Assembly (NCBI GenBank): GCA_039621445.1 | Contig: CP154954.1 | Location: 16,324,140 to 16,388,139, forward strand | Direction of reading: 5' to 3' | DNA length: 64,000 nt | Source of the DNA: Euglena gracilis | Taxonomy: Eukaryota | Shown: positions 35,115 to 49,779 of the stretch, in pieces | How positions within the stretch are numbered: position 1 is the first letter of the stretch | Layout: the number at the start of each line of letters is the position of its first letter | The notes under the pieces: generated by a model | Told to the model about the DNA's origin: nothing | Databases searched by the model: none | What the model saw: the letters and a program-made list of their open reading frames with translations, nothing else | Translations under genes and position numbers: made by a program

Positions 35115-37860
35115 GTCAGGAAACTCGAGGACGGCCGCCCAAAAGACTGGAATGGTTACTTCAAAGACAGGAGAAGGGGCCATAGGGGGCGGATCATCAA
35201 ATAACGGGCAACGCCGGGGCAATGATCGAGGTGGACCATCTAGAGTTAGAGAGAAATGGGACCGCCTCTAGGGCAGGTGCGCCGATAAACACTGGGGGTG
35301 GGGGGCGGTGCACGATGAGCCTGTACGCGGGAATGAGAGCTGGGGAGAGACACAGGTATGGGCGAACAAAGAAGGAACAAAGGTGGGAGAGCGGGTGCGG
35401 GGGAGAGACTCTGGGGGAGATTTGAAAGTTCACGGGTGGTGACCAGGCGGAGCGTCAGAGATATACAGGGAGACGTTGAGCAAATACGAGCGAAGGAAAA
35501 GCTGTGACACTTATGCAATGGAACGACGAACTGCAGGTCAGAGGCGGAGTGAAGGCAGGTGTGCAGTCCGGACAGAGGCCCGGATGCATTAGAAGGATGG
35601 GGAGCGACAGTGAGGAGGACTAGAAGAGAGGAGGAGAACGTGAACGGTTCACGCGAGAGGGGAGCAGAGAAGGAGAACGGAGAGCGATTACAATCGTGGA
35701 AACGACAAGTACTGGGAGGGCGTCCAAACGATCAAAAGAGGGAGGGGAAGGTAGCAATCTAACGGGGGAGCCGGTTAAGACAAATGTGGGGTTAGTGCGA
35801 GAGGGTCTAAGAAGGGCGAAAGCTGCGAGGTGGCGGAGTGACCCTACGAGGTTGCGGCGGCGAAAAAGGCAAGAGGGACGCTCGCGGGGGGGAGGAGTCA
35901 AAGCACTAGTGGTCGGACAGGGGGTAAACTACGTGGGGGTGAAAGAACAAGTGAGGGTAAGCCGCCGCAAAGCAACATCCAATTCTGGAAATACTCCACA
36001 ATTGTAATCTATTTCAAAAAAGAAGGGTACTGAAAATAGCAAATACAGCCTGGCTCAAGCAATGAGTAAGAGGTTTTTTCTAAAAACGACGGTTTTGGTG
36101 GCAGGTGGTGGCCGATAAATGGGTGGTTTGGTTTAGAGGAGCAGGGTTCACTTGGTAGCGACCACGTCAGGCACCGGTGAAGGGAAAGCAAGGTGAGGGT
36201 GCAACGTAACTGTGCAAATCTACTCCTAGACCCGTGAAAACTGAGTTAAAAATTATCAAAAGAGTAAAACTTGAGGCATGCAACGTTATACAGCCACTGT
36301 AACATAAAAATAATAAGCCAATATGATTGTTTTGGCATGAAAAATACGTACAAATGGTTTGGAGAAAACATATGGAATAGATTGAGCAACAGAAAGTACA
36401 TACAGACAATACAAGGACCTGTCAAAACAAAGCAAATGAGGCAAAGGGAATGTGACTATGAAACCGCATGTAAGGACGCCGCCATAAAGTAGCCGGTTGT
36501 AACTATGGTGCAAACATGTCAGATCTTTACAATAATGCTAACTTAGAAGAATCAGCATTGTGCGAAGGAATTCAAGACGGGACCCACATAGTAACTAAAA
36601 TGAAGTTTCACCCTGCGCCCAACCAGTTAGACCATCGGAAGACGGGAAAAAGCGAACTCCGGTAATCAGCATTGCCGTATAACCCCACCCGCACATGAAT
36701 ACACTAGAGGATCGCGGAACAATGAGGGGGGCCCGAAAAATGTGAAGCTAAGGGGGGTATAGCGCGGGTGGTGGTTGGGAAAGTGCGGGGGTACCCAAAA
36801 GACAAGTCCTCAAAGGGAGAGACCAATTAGGCCGCGAATCGAAGCCCGCAAATTCAAAGCCGGGCCGAATCACGTAGTCGGAATAGAAGGGGAGTAATGG
36901 CAAGAAAGGGCCGGAGCTTAAAACTTTTGTAGGGAGAACTGAGGACATTTAGGCACTCCCCCAGAATCAAGCCTATGTCGGACCCAATTGGCAGTGGAGA
37001 GCTGAAGGCATAGAGGACACGAGCGAATGTGGGTTGCGGCGAAGAGCGGGAGGGTGGGCGAGGGTTAATTTGGGGGAAGATGATGCGTCCACGGACCGGA
37101 GCAGCGGGTAGTTAGTCGCGTGTGCGGGGACAAAATGCCGAGACGGGAGCGTGAATAAGTTGCATGGGAAATTGTTTAGAGCTCTTGGATGGGGGGGGAA
37201 AAAAAATAGGGAGTTGGAAGGCAGTAGAGGGGACGTGCAGGTATATAACACCCGGGATATCCCCCGGAGACACCGTGGTGCCCCAAAGAGGGTCTCTCGG
37301 GCTTGGGGATCTGTGGATCAAAGGAGGGAGCGGGGAAAGAGAATGGAAACAAGCAGGGGACTGCAACATGGGGGATGCGTAACAATGACACCGATGGAGA
37401 AGGAGACAAGAAGGAAGGTCGTGGATAACCATGGGGGGAAGGAGATATGAATTTGGCAAGGATATTGCACAGGCCTCGGTTGGAACAGCCCAGGCAACGA
37501 CAAGAGATACATGTATCTCATTCAGAAATTATGGCCAAGTTCGGAGAACCCCCACCCCCAGTCCAACGGGCAGCCTCGAAGATCTCGGAAAACTACAGAT
37601 GACATAACGCGATACAATAAACAGAGTTCAATCAATGAAAAACCAGAAAAGCATGCAGCAACCGAAAAAGGGGGGGGGGCTCACAAACGTCTTATCGAGA
37701 GTCAAAAATGGATCCTATATGGCCACGGTCGGAACAAAATCAACAGTGAGCATTCCGCCCCGGAAATCGAATGGGGACAAACAACATTTACGGCGCAAAA
37801 TCTGGTAACACACGGTAGGGAGGCTCGCGAACCCGGCGTAGTGTAGTCCTTGCCTTCACC
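35115..37860. other. ~2.75-kb purine-rich stretch absent from copy 1; probably low-quality read sequence
   Basis: Fuzzy junctions; no TSD, TIR or ORF; composition unlike the surroundings. Confidence 0.55.
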
Positions 37861-40291
37861 CTTGCTTGTTGGCCGGTGCTGCTGGTTCCCTCTTCAAGAC
37901 GTTGACACAAAATTTGCCAAGATACTGCCGACATTTCTTTTCCCGAAAAACTCTCTGTTGACCATTGCAAAGCTGTACCCCAGTCCCTATGTCAACAGAA
38001 AGACAGCCTGAATGGTTCGTCCCCATATGCGCGTAACGATTCGTCCAACGATCCATAAACCTCGAATCAAATCAAAAAGACCTCAAACGGCCAAAAAAAA
38101 GTTCAGAAATGATCAAAAGCGGCCAAAGCAGCTAAAACAGTGTGGCCGAATGTGGCCAAAATGGCTGAAAACGTCAAACAATAGCAAAAAATGCCGACAT
38201 CGCTTTGCATTGCCCTGCATCCCAAAATCAAGAACCTCACCTTAGACTCCACAATTACTGCATCGCCCTGCACCATCCCAGCGCCCTGGACTCGATTGAA
38301 CGTTAGGCCAGGGTACCAACCATGCGTAAAATAAGCCAAAACGCCCGAAAATTGGGCGCAAAGTTGCAAATTAAAGCTGAAGTTTAGGGAGGTCAAGTTT
38401 GCATGTAAGGAGGAGGGGGGGGGCCAAGCGCCCGGGGGGGGGCAAGCGCCTGGGGGGGGGTACCAACCCCCAAGGATTTCCAGCCAAGCCATGCAAGGAA
38501 CCTGTGGATCGAGTCTGGGCCCGCAGACGCGAGAGCCAAAGCTATTACACACGCAACGCAGAGGACAAGCGACACGCGACTATGGAGCTTGGAATCGTTA
38601 TAGCTTCCAAGGAGCTCTAAAAACAAGAGCGCAAAGAATTGGGGCTGTTGATTCATCAGATGGGAACGCCACCAGAATGGTCCCGGGGCTTGGCCCACGC
38701 CTGCAGGACACAGGCCGCAAATGTGTCACCGTGGGGGAAGGGCAGGGTAAAAAATGAGCGGGGACAGGGGGGGTAGGACCCCCTGGAGGGCGTGTGGGTC
38801 GGACCCCCCCTCCCCCTGTGCAAAAAATCTTTACAGCTCTTTGCACCGGAAAAAAAATGGGCCTTGAAAAGGCCAAAAAAAAAACACATTTTTGAAAAAT
38901 TGGTCAAAACATACGGCGAAAATTTCATTTTCCCGGCGAGAAGCGCTGGAAAATTGTTCTTGGTTCCTGGGGAGGGATTTTAGCATGAGCCACTTGTGCA
39001 GGATCACTGGAGATTTTGGACAAAATAATACTTCTTGCCTGTCCCACTAGTTCCTGTAGGACGTCCCACTACTTATACCCCCACTTACTGTGATTCACAC
39101 ATCCCCACACAGTGATTCTGAAAATGCACCCGAAATTTCTGGGTTTATCCCAACCCCCCAACCCACACAGTCCCCCCACTAAGGCCAGTGGGGGTGCCAA
39201 TTTTTCCAGTATATGACATTTGTGGTCCAAGATTGGGGGTGTTTGTTGGGAAACAGTTTTGTTGGGCAAACGGTGCCACTATCGGTCATCTGGCCTCCCC
39301 CTGGGGGGTGTAGAGCCCAAAAAACCGATCAGTTAATCTGTAATCACCCCTGGTGGCGGGGGCTAGTGGGGAAAACAGTGAGGAATGGTATGGCTTTGTT
39401 GGCATCAAGGTTGACATCAGGATCAAGCAGTTTCAGTGACATGGTTTTTAAACCATCCACGACTTCTTCTTCGCAGCCACCGTGAAAGCCCTGAGACCTG
39501 CAAGGAAAATTGAGCCTGGGGATGGCGTTGCTTGCAGGCTGTTGTCCTTTTGAAACCACCGTTGGATTGCTTCGGCACTGGATTTCTGCTAGTTGAGACA
39601 CCCACCCAATATCTTTGAAGAAAATGTGCCGAATGCACAGTACCCCCCCCCCCCGGGCGTTTGGCCACACTCCTCCTTACATGCAAACTTCGCCCCTGTA
39701 GAGATGGCCTTTGGACTTTTGCACATGGCCGCCAAAATTCTTCAGATGCAAACTTAGCCCCCTTAAGGTTGGCCCCCTGGCCTTACCTTCATGGCCTGGG
39801 CCAAGCACCCGGGCGGGGGACAGCAAGAAGCAAAATTTGGCTAGACTGACCGATGGTCCTGTCAGCCATTTCATGCAAAGTTTGCGTTAATGTGGTCTCG
39901 ATGCTGCCAAAGCCGCAAAACCATCAAGTGTGTACGCGCGCGCGCGCGCGTGTGTGTGTGTCATGAATTTCACCGTTTTTGAATTTTTGATAAACAGGAA
40001 CCTTTGCAGTCTTGAAGTCGTTCAAACATTGAACTTGTGTTCGGCTCCTGTGGATCTGGAAAAAAAACAGCCTTTTTGCAAGTCGCTGTAAAAATATGTG
40101 TGGTGTCGTTGCCAGGGAAACGGTGCCCCAGATCAGCCAGAGGGCAGCTGGCGGCAAACGTGTATACCAAACAGGCGAGGGCAAGGCTCCCTGTTCAACC
40201 GGTGCGACATGCGCAATGTGAAAAGGCCTTTCGCTGGTGCAACCAGGGGCTCAGTTGAGGCTGAGTTGGTACAAATGATCGCACACGCGCG

Positions 40292-40327
<36 letters not shown>

Positions 40328-41755
40328 CACACGCACACACACACACACATACATATCAGCCATAAATCACCCTGGTAGTTACCTTCAAGGTAAGTGAATG
40401 GTGGCGGGGAGGGGGCAAAATCTACAACAAGGACTTCACGGTTTCTAACATTTTTGGAACTTTGGAACTTGTATTTTTTCAAAAAAATGCCAAAATAAGG
40501 GGAAATGCAAGCTTTGGGGGTGAAGAGAAAATGCAAACTGCATCATTTATATCATTGACAGAATCCAGGTAGTGGCAAATAGGCATCTTTTCAGAAAGCT
40601 TCACCCCGGAGTGCTTTCCCATTAGCATTACCCAAATACTCGCACGGGGGGCACGGGGGGTCGAAAATGAACCCCCCTTGCCTGACCATTCACAAGGGAG
40701 CATTGACTGTAATGGCAATTTTCTCAAACCAAACCAAACCTTTCTTTCCCAAACCAAAGCCCCCCAGGGGGGTTTCCTGTCATGGCACGCCATAGCCCAA
40801 CGCACCCCCCTCCCCAAGGGTTGTTAAAGAAAACCTAATGGACCAAAAAAAAAAGACGACAAAGGCCAAAAATAGCCAAAAATGTACAAAACGGCCAAAA
40901 GTGGCGAAAATGGCTTAAAATATCGAACGTTGACAGAAGAAAAATTCCGCTCATCGCCCTGCCGCCTGCAACAGAACCCAAGCTTTGGCCCAAGCTTGGG
41001 AGATGCTGCATCATCAAACGTGCTTGGTCAGGAGGGATTCGTATCCAGAGGGGAGATACTGTGCCAAAGATCCAGCTGAACAATCATCTCTGAGGTTATG
41101 ACAGTCCCCTTTCTGTCAAAAAAATTTCAAGTCTGGACGATTGATGGGTGGGTATCCAACTTTCCATCACTCTTAAGCTTTTCAGAAAGCCAGAAGATAT
41201 GCCACCACAGAGTGTGGGCCGAGAGGTGCCTTGTGCTGGTTATTCCGGTGCGGTGGAACAGCTACACAAAGCCACCTGGCATCCAGAACACACACGCACG
41301 CACGCACACACGCATGCGCGCGCACACACTCGCACTAGAACGCGCACTGACGAGCTGCAGAGGTGTCCGCTGCCCCAATCCTGCGCATTATCCATCATTT
41401 CTCAAATTATGGGCTATTTATACACGGATTTGCTTATTTGAAATTTACTGGTATTTTTTATTCAGCTTGAGTTCTCTGATGTGAAAAAAAGAGCAGATAC
41501 GGAAGCATAAACACCTGAATGGCCAAGCCTTCACTTAAGGGCCCCCCAGAGGGTGTGTCGAACTGAATTGACACTAGCTGGAAAACCTCGCTGGAAACAA
41601 AAATACTTCAGAGTCGCAGCTGGCTGCAAAAAAAATTGTTCCCGGTGGTCGCAATAAAAAAAAAACAATGACTACAACAGCAGCAGCAGCAGCAGCAGCA
41701 GCAAAAACTTGTTGTTGTTGTTGTTGTCATTATCATTATCATTATCATTATCATT

Positions 41756-41789
<34 letters not shown>

Positions 41790-41810
41790 ATGCTGTTGTT
41801 GTTGTTGTTC

Positions 41811-41852
<42 letters not shown>

Positions 41853-41999
41853 CATTACTATTATCATCATCATCATCATCGTTGTCGTTGTCGTTGTTGT
41901 TGTTGTTGTTGTTGTTGTGTTGTTGTTGTTGTTGTTGTTGTTGTTGTCGTTGTCGTTGTTGTTGTTGTCGTCGTCGTCGTCGTTGTTGTTGTTGTTGTT

Positions 42000-42037
<38 letters not shown>

Positions 42038-43085
42038 GGTGCAAAAAATGTATGGTGTTACATAATGAATCATGTTATGTGTACAATTTATGCCAGAATA
42101 TTACAAGTTGTGCAACCTCTGTTTGTAATAAAGCTGGTTTGAAAACGTGCCTAAAAATGCGGGACTGCAAATTCTTTTAGAACCTTGGGGGGTCAGCACT
42201 TGGGGTGGGCCACAATTGCCGGGGGGGGAAAAACGCAACATGGACCCTCAAAAACGCGATGCAAACAAATGAAAAATAAACGTAAAAAAAATGCAAAAAA
42301 AACGGTAATTGCATGTAAAATCCTTTGCAGAGCTGCGGAGCCACGGAGCTCCCCCCGAAATGCAATTTCAGCCTGAGGGGCTTAAATTTCAGCTCCATCA
42401 GGGCAGATTTTTCATTTCGCATAAAGATATGCAATTTGTTGGCAAAAATTGCAAAATTGGGGACATTGGGGGCAAAATGAGGAATTTTTCATTCTCCAAA
42501 AAATTCCAGCAAAATCGAAAAATCGCTGCAAAAAAAGCAAAAAAAAAAAAAACAAATTTTACCAAAAACAAAAAAAAACACAAAATAAAAATGAAAAAAA
42601 AACGCGTTCCCCCCCCTGCACATTTGAAAACGAGGATTGGGTGGCCAACGTTGGGGTGCCTAACTTATATTCACTATTCTCGGCGGGTCATATCCAAAAA
42701 TAGGGTCAAATTCAAATGGCCCTGGGCAAGGTTGCACTTTGAGGTGAGAGACGTATGGGGACGTCAAGTTTGCAAATGCAAATAACCACTTGACAATTCT
42801 CCGGACAACCCTGTTTTTTTTTTGCGACAACCTTAGATGCAGAAAATGAAGACCTTTTCTGTATTTAAATCCCGGCCCCAAATGCTTTCAACCGAATTCT
42901 TATTCACGATTAACACGTGAACGTCTCATAACTGGTTGTACATGCCAAAATTTGGCAAACTCGACAGAAAAACTTCTGGGAAATTGTGAGATACACCAAA
43001 ATATTTGGAACGTGAGTACGGGTGAGGAAGTCATGTCGCGCGTTCTTTAAAAGCTGGAGAGGGGAGTCCCCTGAAGCATCCACTC

Positions 43086-44676
43086 CAGGGTTTCCCTCCC
43101 ATTCGTGGTGGGGACCGCCATTTCTGATTTGTGATTATTCGTGATTATTCGTGATTATTCGTGATTATTCGTGATTATTCGTGGTTCCAAAAATCCGCCC
43201 GGTTTTCAGCTAAATGATGGACTGCTGGGATGCCAGCAGGAAGCAGGGCGGTCCTTAAGCAAAAAAAAAAAATCCCGTCCCGACAAATCCAATGAAAAAT
43301 CCATAGGGAAAAATGACCAAAAAATTGGCGATATTTTGGCAAAAAAAAAAAACGGGTCGACTGGGAAAAAAAGTGATTTCTGACACCCTTGAATTGTCGT
43401 CCATCCACCCAAAATGTCAAAAAGTGTGTGTTTCGACTTTTGAATTTTGGACTCCGTTCAAATCCTGGTCGCTCTTCGCCGGCCTTGGTCGGCCCTTAGG
43501 CCGGGGGGGGGGGGGGGGCCTTAACGAAAAAAAAACTTCCCGTCCCTTATGGACCGCCCTAGCAGCAGGGCGTTGCTTAAGGACCCCCCCCGGGGGGGTC
43601 CAGCTCAGAGGCTGGAAGATTTGGGCTGGCTGGAAAAAGGGCCGGGGTCAAATTTTCTTAAGCAACACCCTGCCTGGCAGGAAGAACAATGCTTTTGGAT
43701 TGGAAATGCCTCCCCCACTGGGGGGCGGTCGCTAAAATGGCCAATGTATGTCTCCGACCAGGGGGGGAGGGTGGTCGTTGGACAAGGGGGGGGGGTGGAC
43801 CCCAAGTCGGAGGAAAAGTGACCGAAGATGGGGGGGGGGTATATGGCCATTTTGGACTGTTTTTGGCCATTCTTGCCATTTCTTGATATTATGGTTGGCA
43901 CTTTTGGCCATTTTTGGGCATTTTTGGGTATGTTTAGGCATTTTTGGGTATTTTTAGGCATTTTAACCACGTTTCGCCTTGATTGGTCGCTTTTGGCCAC
44001 CTTTGGCAGCTGTTGGCCACACTATGGCCCCCCTTTGGCCCATTTTTGGCCTCTTTGGGCAATTTTTGGTGACTTTTGGCCATTTTTGCCCTTTTTTGCC
44101 AATTTTTCTTGGCTTTTGGCCATTTTGGGCCACCTTTGGCCATTTTTAGGCTATTTTGGTCATTTTTGACTGTTTTTGGCCAACTTTTAGCAATTTTGGC
44201 CGAACCAACATCGTATGTATACAAAAAGATCACCTCTGACTGGGGGAGAGGGTGGCCGTCAGACAAGCCCCGTCGTTGGACAAGGGGGGGGTACACATAA
44301 TTAACAACATTGTACCTCTGCATCATCATTGTGTGAGCGTTCCATTGTCCAAACAAACCCCCTTTTTGGCTGGAAACATGATCCATCACAAAAGCAGAAA
44401 GCAAAGTTGCTCGCGGCCAGTGTTGTTGCGCGACAGTGAAGCGGTCCCCAACCTCATCGTCAGAATCCGAAGATGACATTTTCTAAAGAACAAATAAAAC
44501 ACAGTTCCGAATGCTGAATGGCTACATTTGTAAAGAAAAATAATTCCCAGGAAAAAAATCTCATTCGTGATTATTCGTGATATTCATGATTATTCGTGAT
44601 TTTCGAAAAATCCGAAATTCGTGGTGATTCGTGATTATTCGTGATTATTCGTGCCACGAATCAGAGGGAATCCCTG
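43086..44676. mobile_element. Duplicate of the 19651-21244 hAT-like element
   Basis: Same TIRs; TSD ATCCACTC on both sides. Confidence 0.85.
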
Positions 44677-46194
44677 ATCCACTCTCCCCCCTGGGGTTCA
44701 ACATTCGAAAAATACCTGGATTCCACCCAAATAAAATCAAGGGTGGACATTGGGGGGGGACAACCCAAACCCGAACCAACACCCAAACATTAATACCTAT
44801 CTCCAACAACAAACCATCATAAGCAATAATGTGAAAATTGTGAATGTTTCAATCAGTTTTTTTTTTGGAGGCAATCCGCCTGGAGCTGTAGCTGGTCTTA
44901 CCACATTCCGCACAAAGGGCCACTCAGTAAGCCTGCCTCACCACACTATCTGCCCAACGTCGAAGACGCCTGGCCAATGCCGTGCTGTCTTCATCGGTCA
45001 AACAGGAAGGCAGCACCTTGCAGGCCACAGGCAGCTGTAGCGGACACCAGGAAGGGGGTGGGAGAGGTTTGGTTTTGCCGCCGAGGGGAAGGCAATGTGG
45101 GGCCAGCCATGCCAACAAACCGGCGTCCCAGTCGCCCAGGCCAGGTGACTGGCATGGATTAGCCACCTACCCCTTGGGAGGATGGGGTTTGGACTGACCC
45201 CCTGTAAAATTTCTGGACCAATCTCTTCGGGCACCTTGTCAGTATCCAAAAAACATTCATGGACCTATTCATGAATGCGCTTTGGAAAAAGCAATTTGGT
45301 GTCAAATGGCTTCAATTCAGAGGACAACAAAAAATTCTAGCATTTCGGGTTATTGTTGTCCATCAGACTTTTTGGAGGAAACATTTTGTCAAAAAAAAAA
45401 CTAAAAAATTGCTGTGAAAAGCCAATAGGGAGAATCTGTCCAGTTTGGTGGGATCTCTGGGTATCCTGTGGGGTTTGATGCAGGTGATGGTGTCTGAGAA
45501 AGAATCCTGTTTGGGTCACTGGAACCCCCCCCCAAGACTGAGGTGCACTCAGGGTCAATACAGTCGGGCCGGAAAGAGATTTCAGAATTCATTTGGGGGG
45601 GGGGGGCGTCGATGTCCCCAAGGAGTTGCAGAGGTCCCCAGAAACAACCTCACGTTGATTTTTCCACGGACACTATCTGCATCTGCCTGGTGGCATGGAC
45701 GACCGACCTACCTCCCCCCCCCCTTGTCGTTGACATGCCAATGTTCCAGGAGAGTGCCGTTTACACGGGGGAGGGGGTGTCAACGACACGCCATGTCAAT
45801 GTCACTGTGATTCAATAGGTAGTGTTCCAGAAAAGTGTCGTTGACACGGGGTGTGTGTCAACGACACGCCGTGTAAACGACAAGTGGGGGGAGGTACCTT
45901 CTCCTTTCCTCCAAAAAACTGACCTGCTGATTTTGCACAATTCTGATGAGAGGCTTTTGATACCCCCCCCCGTCAACTTTGCGACGAACACAAACCCAAG
46001 GTATCGCAAGGCCCTACTACTACCGATACTAAATGCCTGACCTTGCCTGCGGTGGCCTGACTACCGTGTCGACACAGTGGTGCCCTGATTTACATTGGTG
46101 TGAAATAACAAGTGTGGCCCACACTGTCCATCGGATGGGGAGGGGCAAGTAATCGCAGAAGGGAACCAACGTTTCTGCCTAGAATCCTCGGAAA

Positions 46195-46985
46195 AAGAAT
46201 TTTGTTCACCCCTGTATTCTGTCTGGGGTTCTCACATCCAGGGGAGGCCGGGCCACGTGAATTAAAAACAGAATGGGGGGTGGCGGGGGGAAAAAAACAA
46301 TGGGGGGGGGGCAGGGTGATTGTGCCAAAAGTGTGCTTGTCTCACACAAAGGTGAAATGCATGCTTCCAATCTTTCCGTTTCCTCCGTCAATTTCGTAAA
46401 AGCATGTAGAATCTGAAAAAAAGTCTCACCATAAAATCTATCCCTCCCTCATCCCGTGAATTTCCGTGATTTCCTGTGAAATTTTCCGTGTCCATGAATT
46501 TCAATTAATTTCCTTTATGAAAGGAAATGCTGGAGGATCCTGGACACGCCGAACGATTCTCTCACATCATCACCAAAAAAGGTACAAATTACAGAAAATT
46601 AAAAAAATAATCACAAAAACAAAAAAATTGTTGAAAAAAAATGACTTAATCTGAGGAAAAAAAATTTGACAGGATGATGGTTTCATGATGCCAAATGCTT
46701 GATTTTAAAAAAAATGAAACCGCAGAAAAAAGCAAAACACGTAATCTGCAGAATCAGATCATGTTTGGTGAAGAAAAAAAAAACAGATTTCGACGAAATT
46801 GAACATCTTTGGAAATACATACAGAACAAAACGCTGGAAGAAGAAAAAACACAACAAAGTCATCTCAGCTCAAGAAATCCAGAACCATGGAACAAAAATT
46901 GGCAAGCAATAAACCACTGGACAGGGGGGGAATCTCAAAAAGAAAAGTGAACAAAACCCTGGACTTTTTCCTTTCCCCGTCAAGT
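46195..46985 (+). other. Garbled local duplicate of the sequence that follows it; likely consensus artefact
   Basis: Contains corrupted versions of motifs from 22790-23950 (for example CCATGAATTTCAATTAATTTCC and ACATCATCACCAAAAA) before the clean copy resumes at ~46990. Confidence 0.7.
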
Positions 46986-48160
46986 GCGGGTCAGCAACCC
47001 CGGCTGTCCTGGCACGGTGGACAGGCCACGCGTGGCAGGGCGGGGCGCGGCGCAAACGGGTAAAAAAACAGCCAATGGCGGGCGGGGAGGGGGGGGGGGG
47101 GCAAGAGAGACAGAACCACATGGGTTGCGTGGAGCACAGGGTTGGCTTGTCTCATATCATGCAAATGTGCAATTTGCCACCCGGTGCCTGTGCATTGCCT
47201 TTCAGGGTTCCTCCCGTTTCCGTGCTGGCCGAGGCTAAATGTACCCGTGATTTTCCATGATTTTCCGTGAATTTCCTTTTTTTTTTTAAAAAAAAATAGA
47301 AATAATTTTAAATATCTAATCATATCTCTATGCCTCATGAGTGAATTTCCGTAAATTTTCGCAATTTCTGTAAAAATGGCCTCCCGCCTTTTCCGTGATC
47401 CTCCATGAATTTCAATTAATTTCCTTTTCAGGAAATGGGAGGATCCCTGTGTTTTTACACTGTTGAGAAACGATTCTCTTCGTTTCACATCATCACCAAA
47501 AAGGAAAATTACTTTCCTATTACAAATAAATCACATCAGTGAAAACTTAAAAAAGCATGGGGGTGGGCGAAAAAGAATTTGCCTCCTCCAAAAAAACTGG
47601 TGACTTAATTCTGAGGACATTCGGAGGAATCGTTTCTGATTGAAGCGAGCAACGCTTCCGCTTGTGGTGGTCCTGCCCATCCCGGCATGCCAACTGTAGG
47701 TTGCGTGCTGGTCCGCTTGCATGGAGGCAAAAAAAAACAGCGCACGAACGTAGAAATTGAACATCACAAGTATTAGCAAAACCTTTTCGTAACTGCTGAT
47801 GAGTTGGGGAAAGACTTCAGATCGGGTGGCTGATGTTTCTTTGGGTGAACATATGGAAAAGAACTTTGATTTTCGCCGAAATTCTGGTGGCACCACTTTT
47901 CAGAAAATACACTGCCATCGTCCAGAATCAAATATGTCATATCCGAAGAACTAAAGCAGACAACAAAACGCCATTCCTTTCCCCGTCCAGCCTCACCCCT
48001 GTGAATGGAACCCGAAAGAGCAAATCCAGGAAAACCAAGCACTGTCAACAGTCCAGACAAGGGGACAGTTGGTGCAGCAAAAGTATTGAAACCACCGCGG
48101 GCAAGGGGGGGAGTTTCGGGCCAGGAAACAGCATTTTGCAATCTGGGGAAGCAACCCTGC

Positions 48161-48218
<58 letters not shown>

Positions 48219-48315
48219 AAATCCTAGGGATGTCTCTATCTATCTCCAAATGCAGGAGTCCTGCATGTGGTGTGAGTTGACCGAGTCAAAATTGGCCAAG
48301 GGGCCAAACTGTGTG

Positions 48316-48426
<111 letters not shown>

Positions 48427-49612
48427 CGACTGCAGGCGAGGGCTGCGAAGTGCCCGCTAGGCAGGAACCCCACGCCGGTTAATCCAAACCAGGCCACTGA
48501 GGCCCGGGTTTGGCTGCGCAGGGCAGCCTCCAGACCGTTGGGCAGGGAGGTGCTTGACCTGGGTTTGGGGGGCAGGGGGTGGTGTTGGGTGCCGGGCAAT
48601 CCGGACTGGGCCAACCCGGAACCCGGAGGCAGTTGGAAATTCAGTGCCAAATACGTGCACATTTTCCGAAGCACAATGGTGCCTCACTGAGGGGTTGCAC
48701 ACTGAGGCACCCCCTCAGTGTGCCTCAGGTGGCGCCCAGGAGCCTGATTCTGACCAACCCAGGGGTGGGGAGCGGAGTTCCGGGTGCTTTCCAGGGAGGC
48801 ACCCCCCCCCCAAGTTGCACCTTCTCCCCCTTGAAATTGACACGCCAAAATATGGGTGAATGGCCAGTATATGAATGCTTGCGCCTTAATATCGAGCCTG
48901 ATAATAAATTTGGCTGTGGCAACATCCAGTTGTCCAAATTTTCAGCAGTCATTTTTCTGGCCCACGTTAATGTCCTGACGTGTTTCAGTTCAAACCAAAA
49001 CAATCGATAAAAAAATTCCCGCAGACAGAAGCCATCACTTCAGCATGGGGGAGGGTGACAAACGAGTCAGTCGCTCAGGGTTTTAAAAAAAAAACTCGGT
49101 CAGCCACCTCCCTCACGTGAAAATACCCAGTTGAGAAATACACCCCAGGGTGGGTCGGCTCGCAGACAGCCTGAGGAAGCCTCAGCAAGCTGGAAAGCGT
49201 TGGGAGAGGATATCCCACCATCCTTTCCTGCCCCTTGGTTCCATCTTTACCCAGTCTCCCCACCCCGGAAACTGTCCCCAGACAAATCAGCAAACACCGA
49301 TGTAGGAGGCAGGCCAGCAAATACAGAGAGGGGGGTGGGGCTGGGTGAGAGGGGAAAAAGTGAAAAAGAATTCGACCGCCGGCAGACAGAAAATCCGACA
49401 ACACAATTTTTCGCAAGTTTGGGATAAGCTTGAAAGCAATGTTCGGAGTTTTTTTCAACTCAGGAATCTGCTTCTTCAAGAAATAAGTGAAAAATTTTCA
49501 AACAATCGTTGGGAGACAAGGTGCGGGGAGAGAGGAGGACAGGTGCCCCCAATGAAGTCAGGTTGGTGAATATGGAGGGAAGAGGATAGGCTCCCTGGGG
49601 GGGGATTCCAAC

Positions 49613-49779
49613 CTCAGGGTCTTTCAAAGGAACTTCATTGAATTTTGACCTCGACACGTTGGCCAGTACCTGGGGACCTGGCAGTTTCGTTGGTGGGCTG
49701 CTGACAGGTTCTCGGTAATGACAGCTTACTGAGAGGAGGGTGACGGCCAATTCTTCGACCCATTTCTGGAAACGTCTTT
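49613..49779 (-). CDS. Putative exon pair (49779-49730, 49669-49613) of an unidentified intron-rich gene
   Basis: TTGCAG acceptor, GTAAGC donor, 60-nt intron, CCCCAG acceptor; joins to RRFQKWVEELAVTLLSVLANVSRSKFNEVPLKDPE. More exon-like segments lie at 48.9-51.5 kb. Confidence 0.4.
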
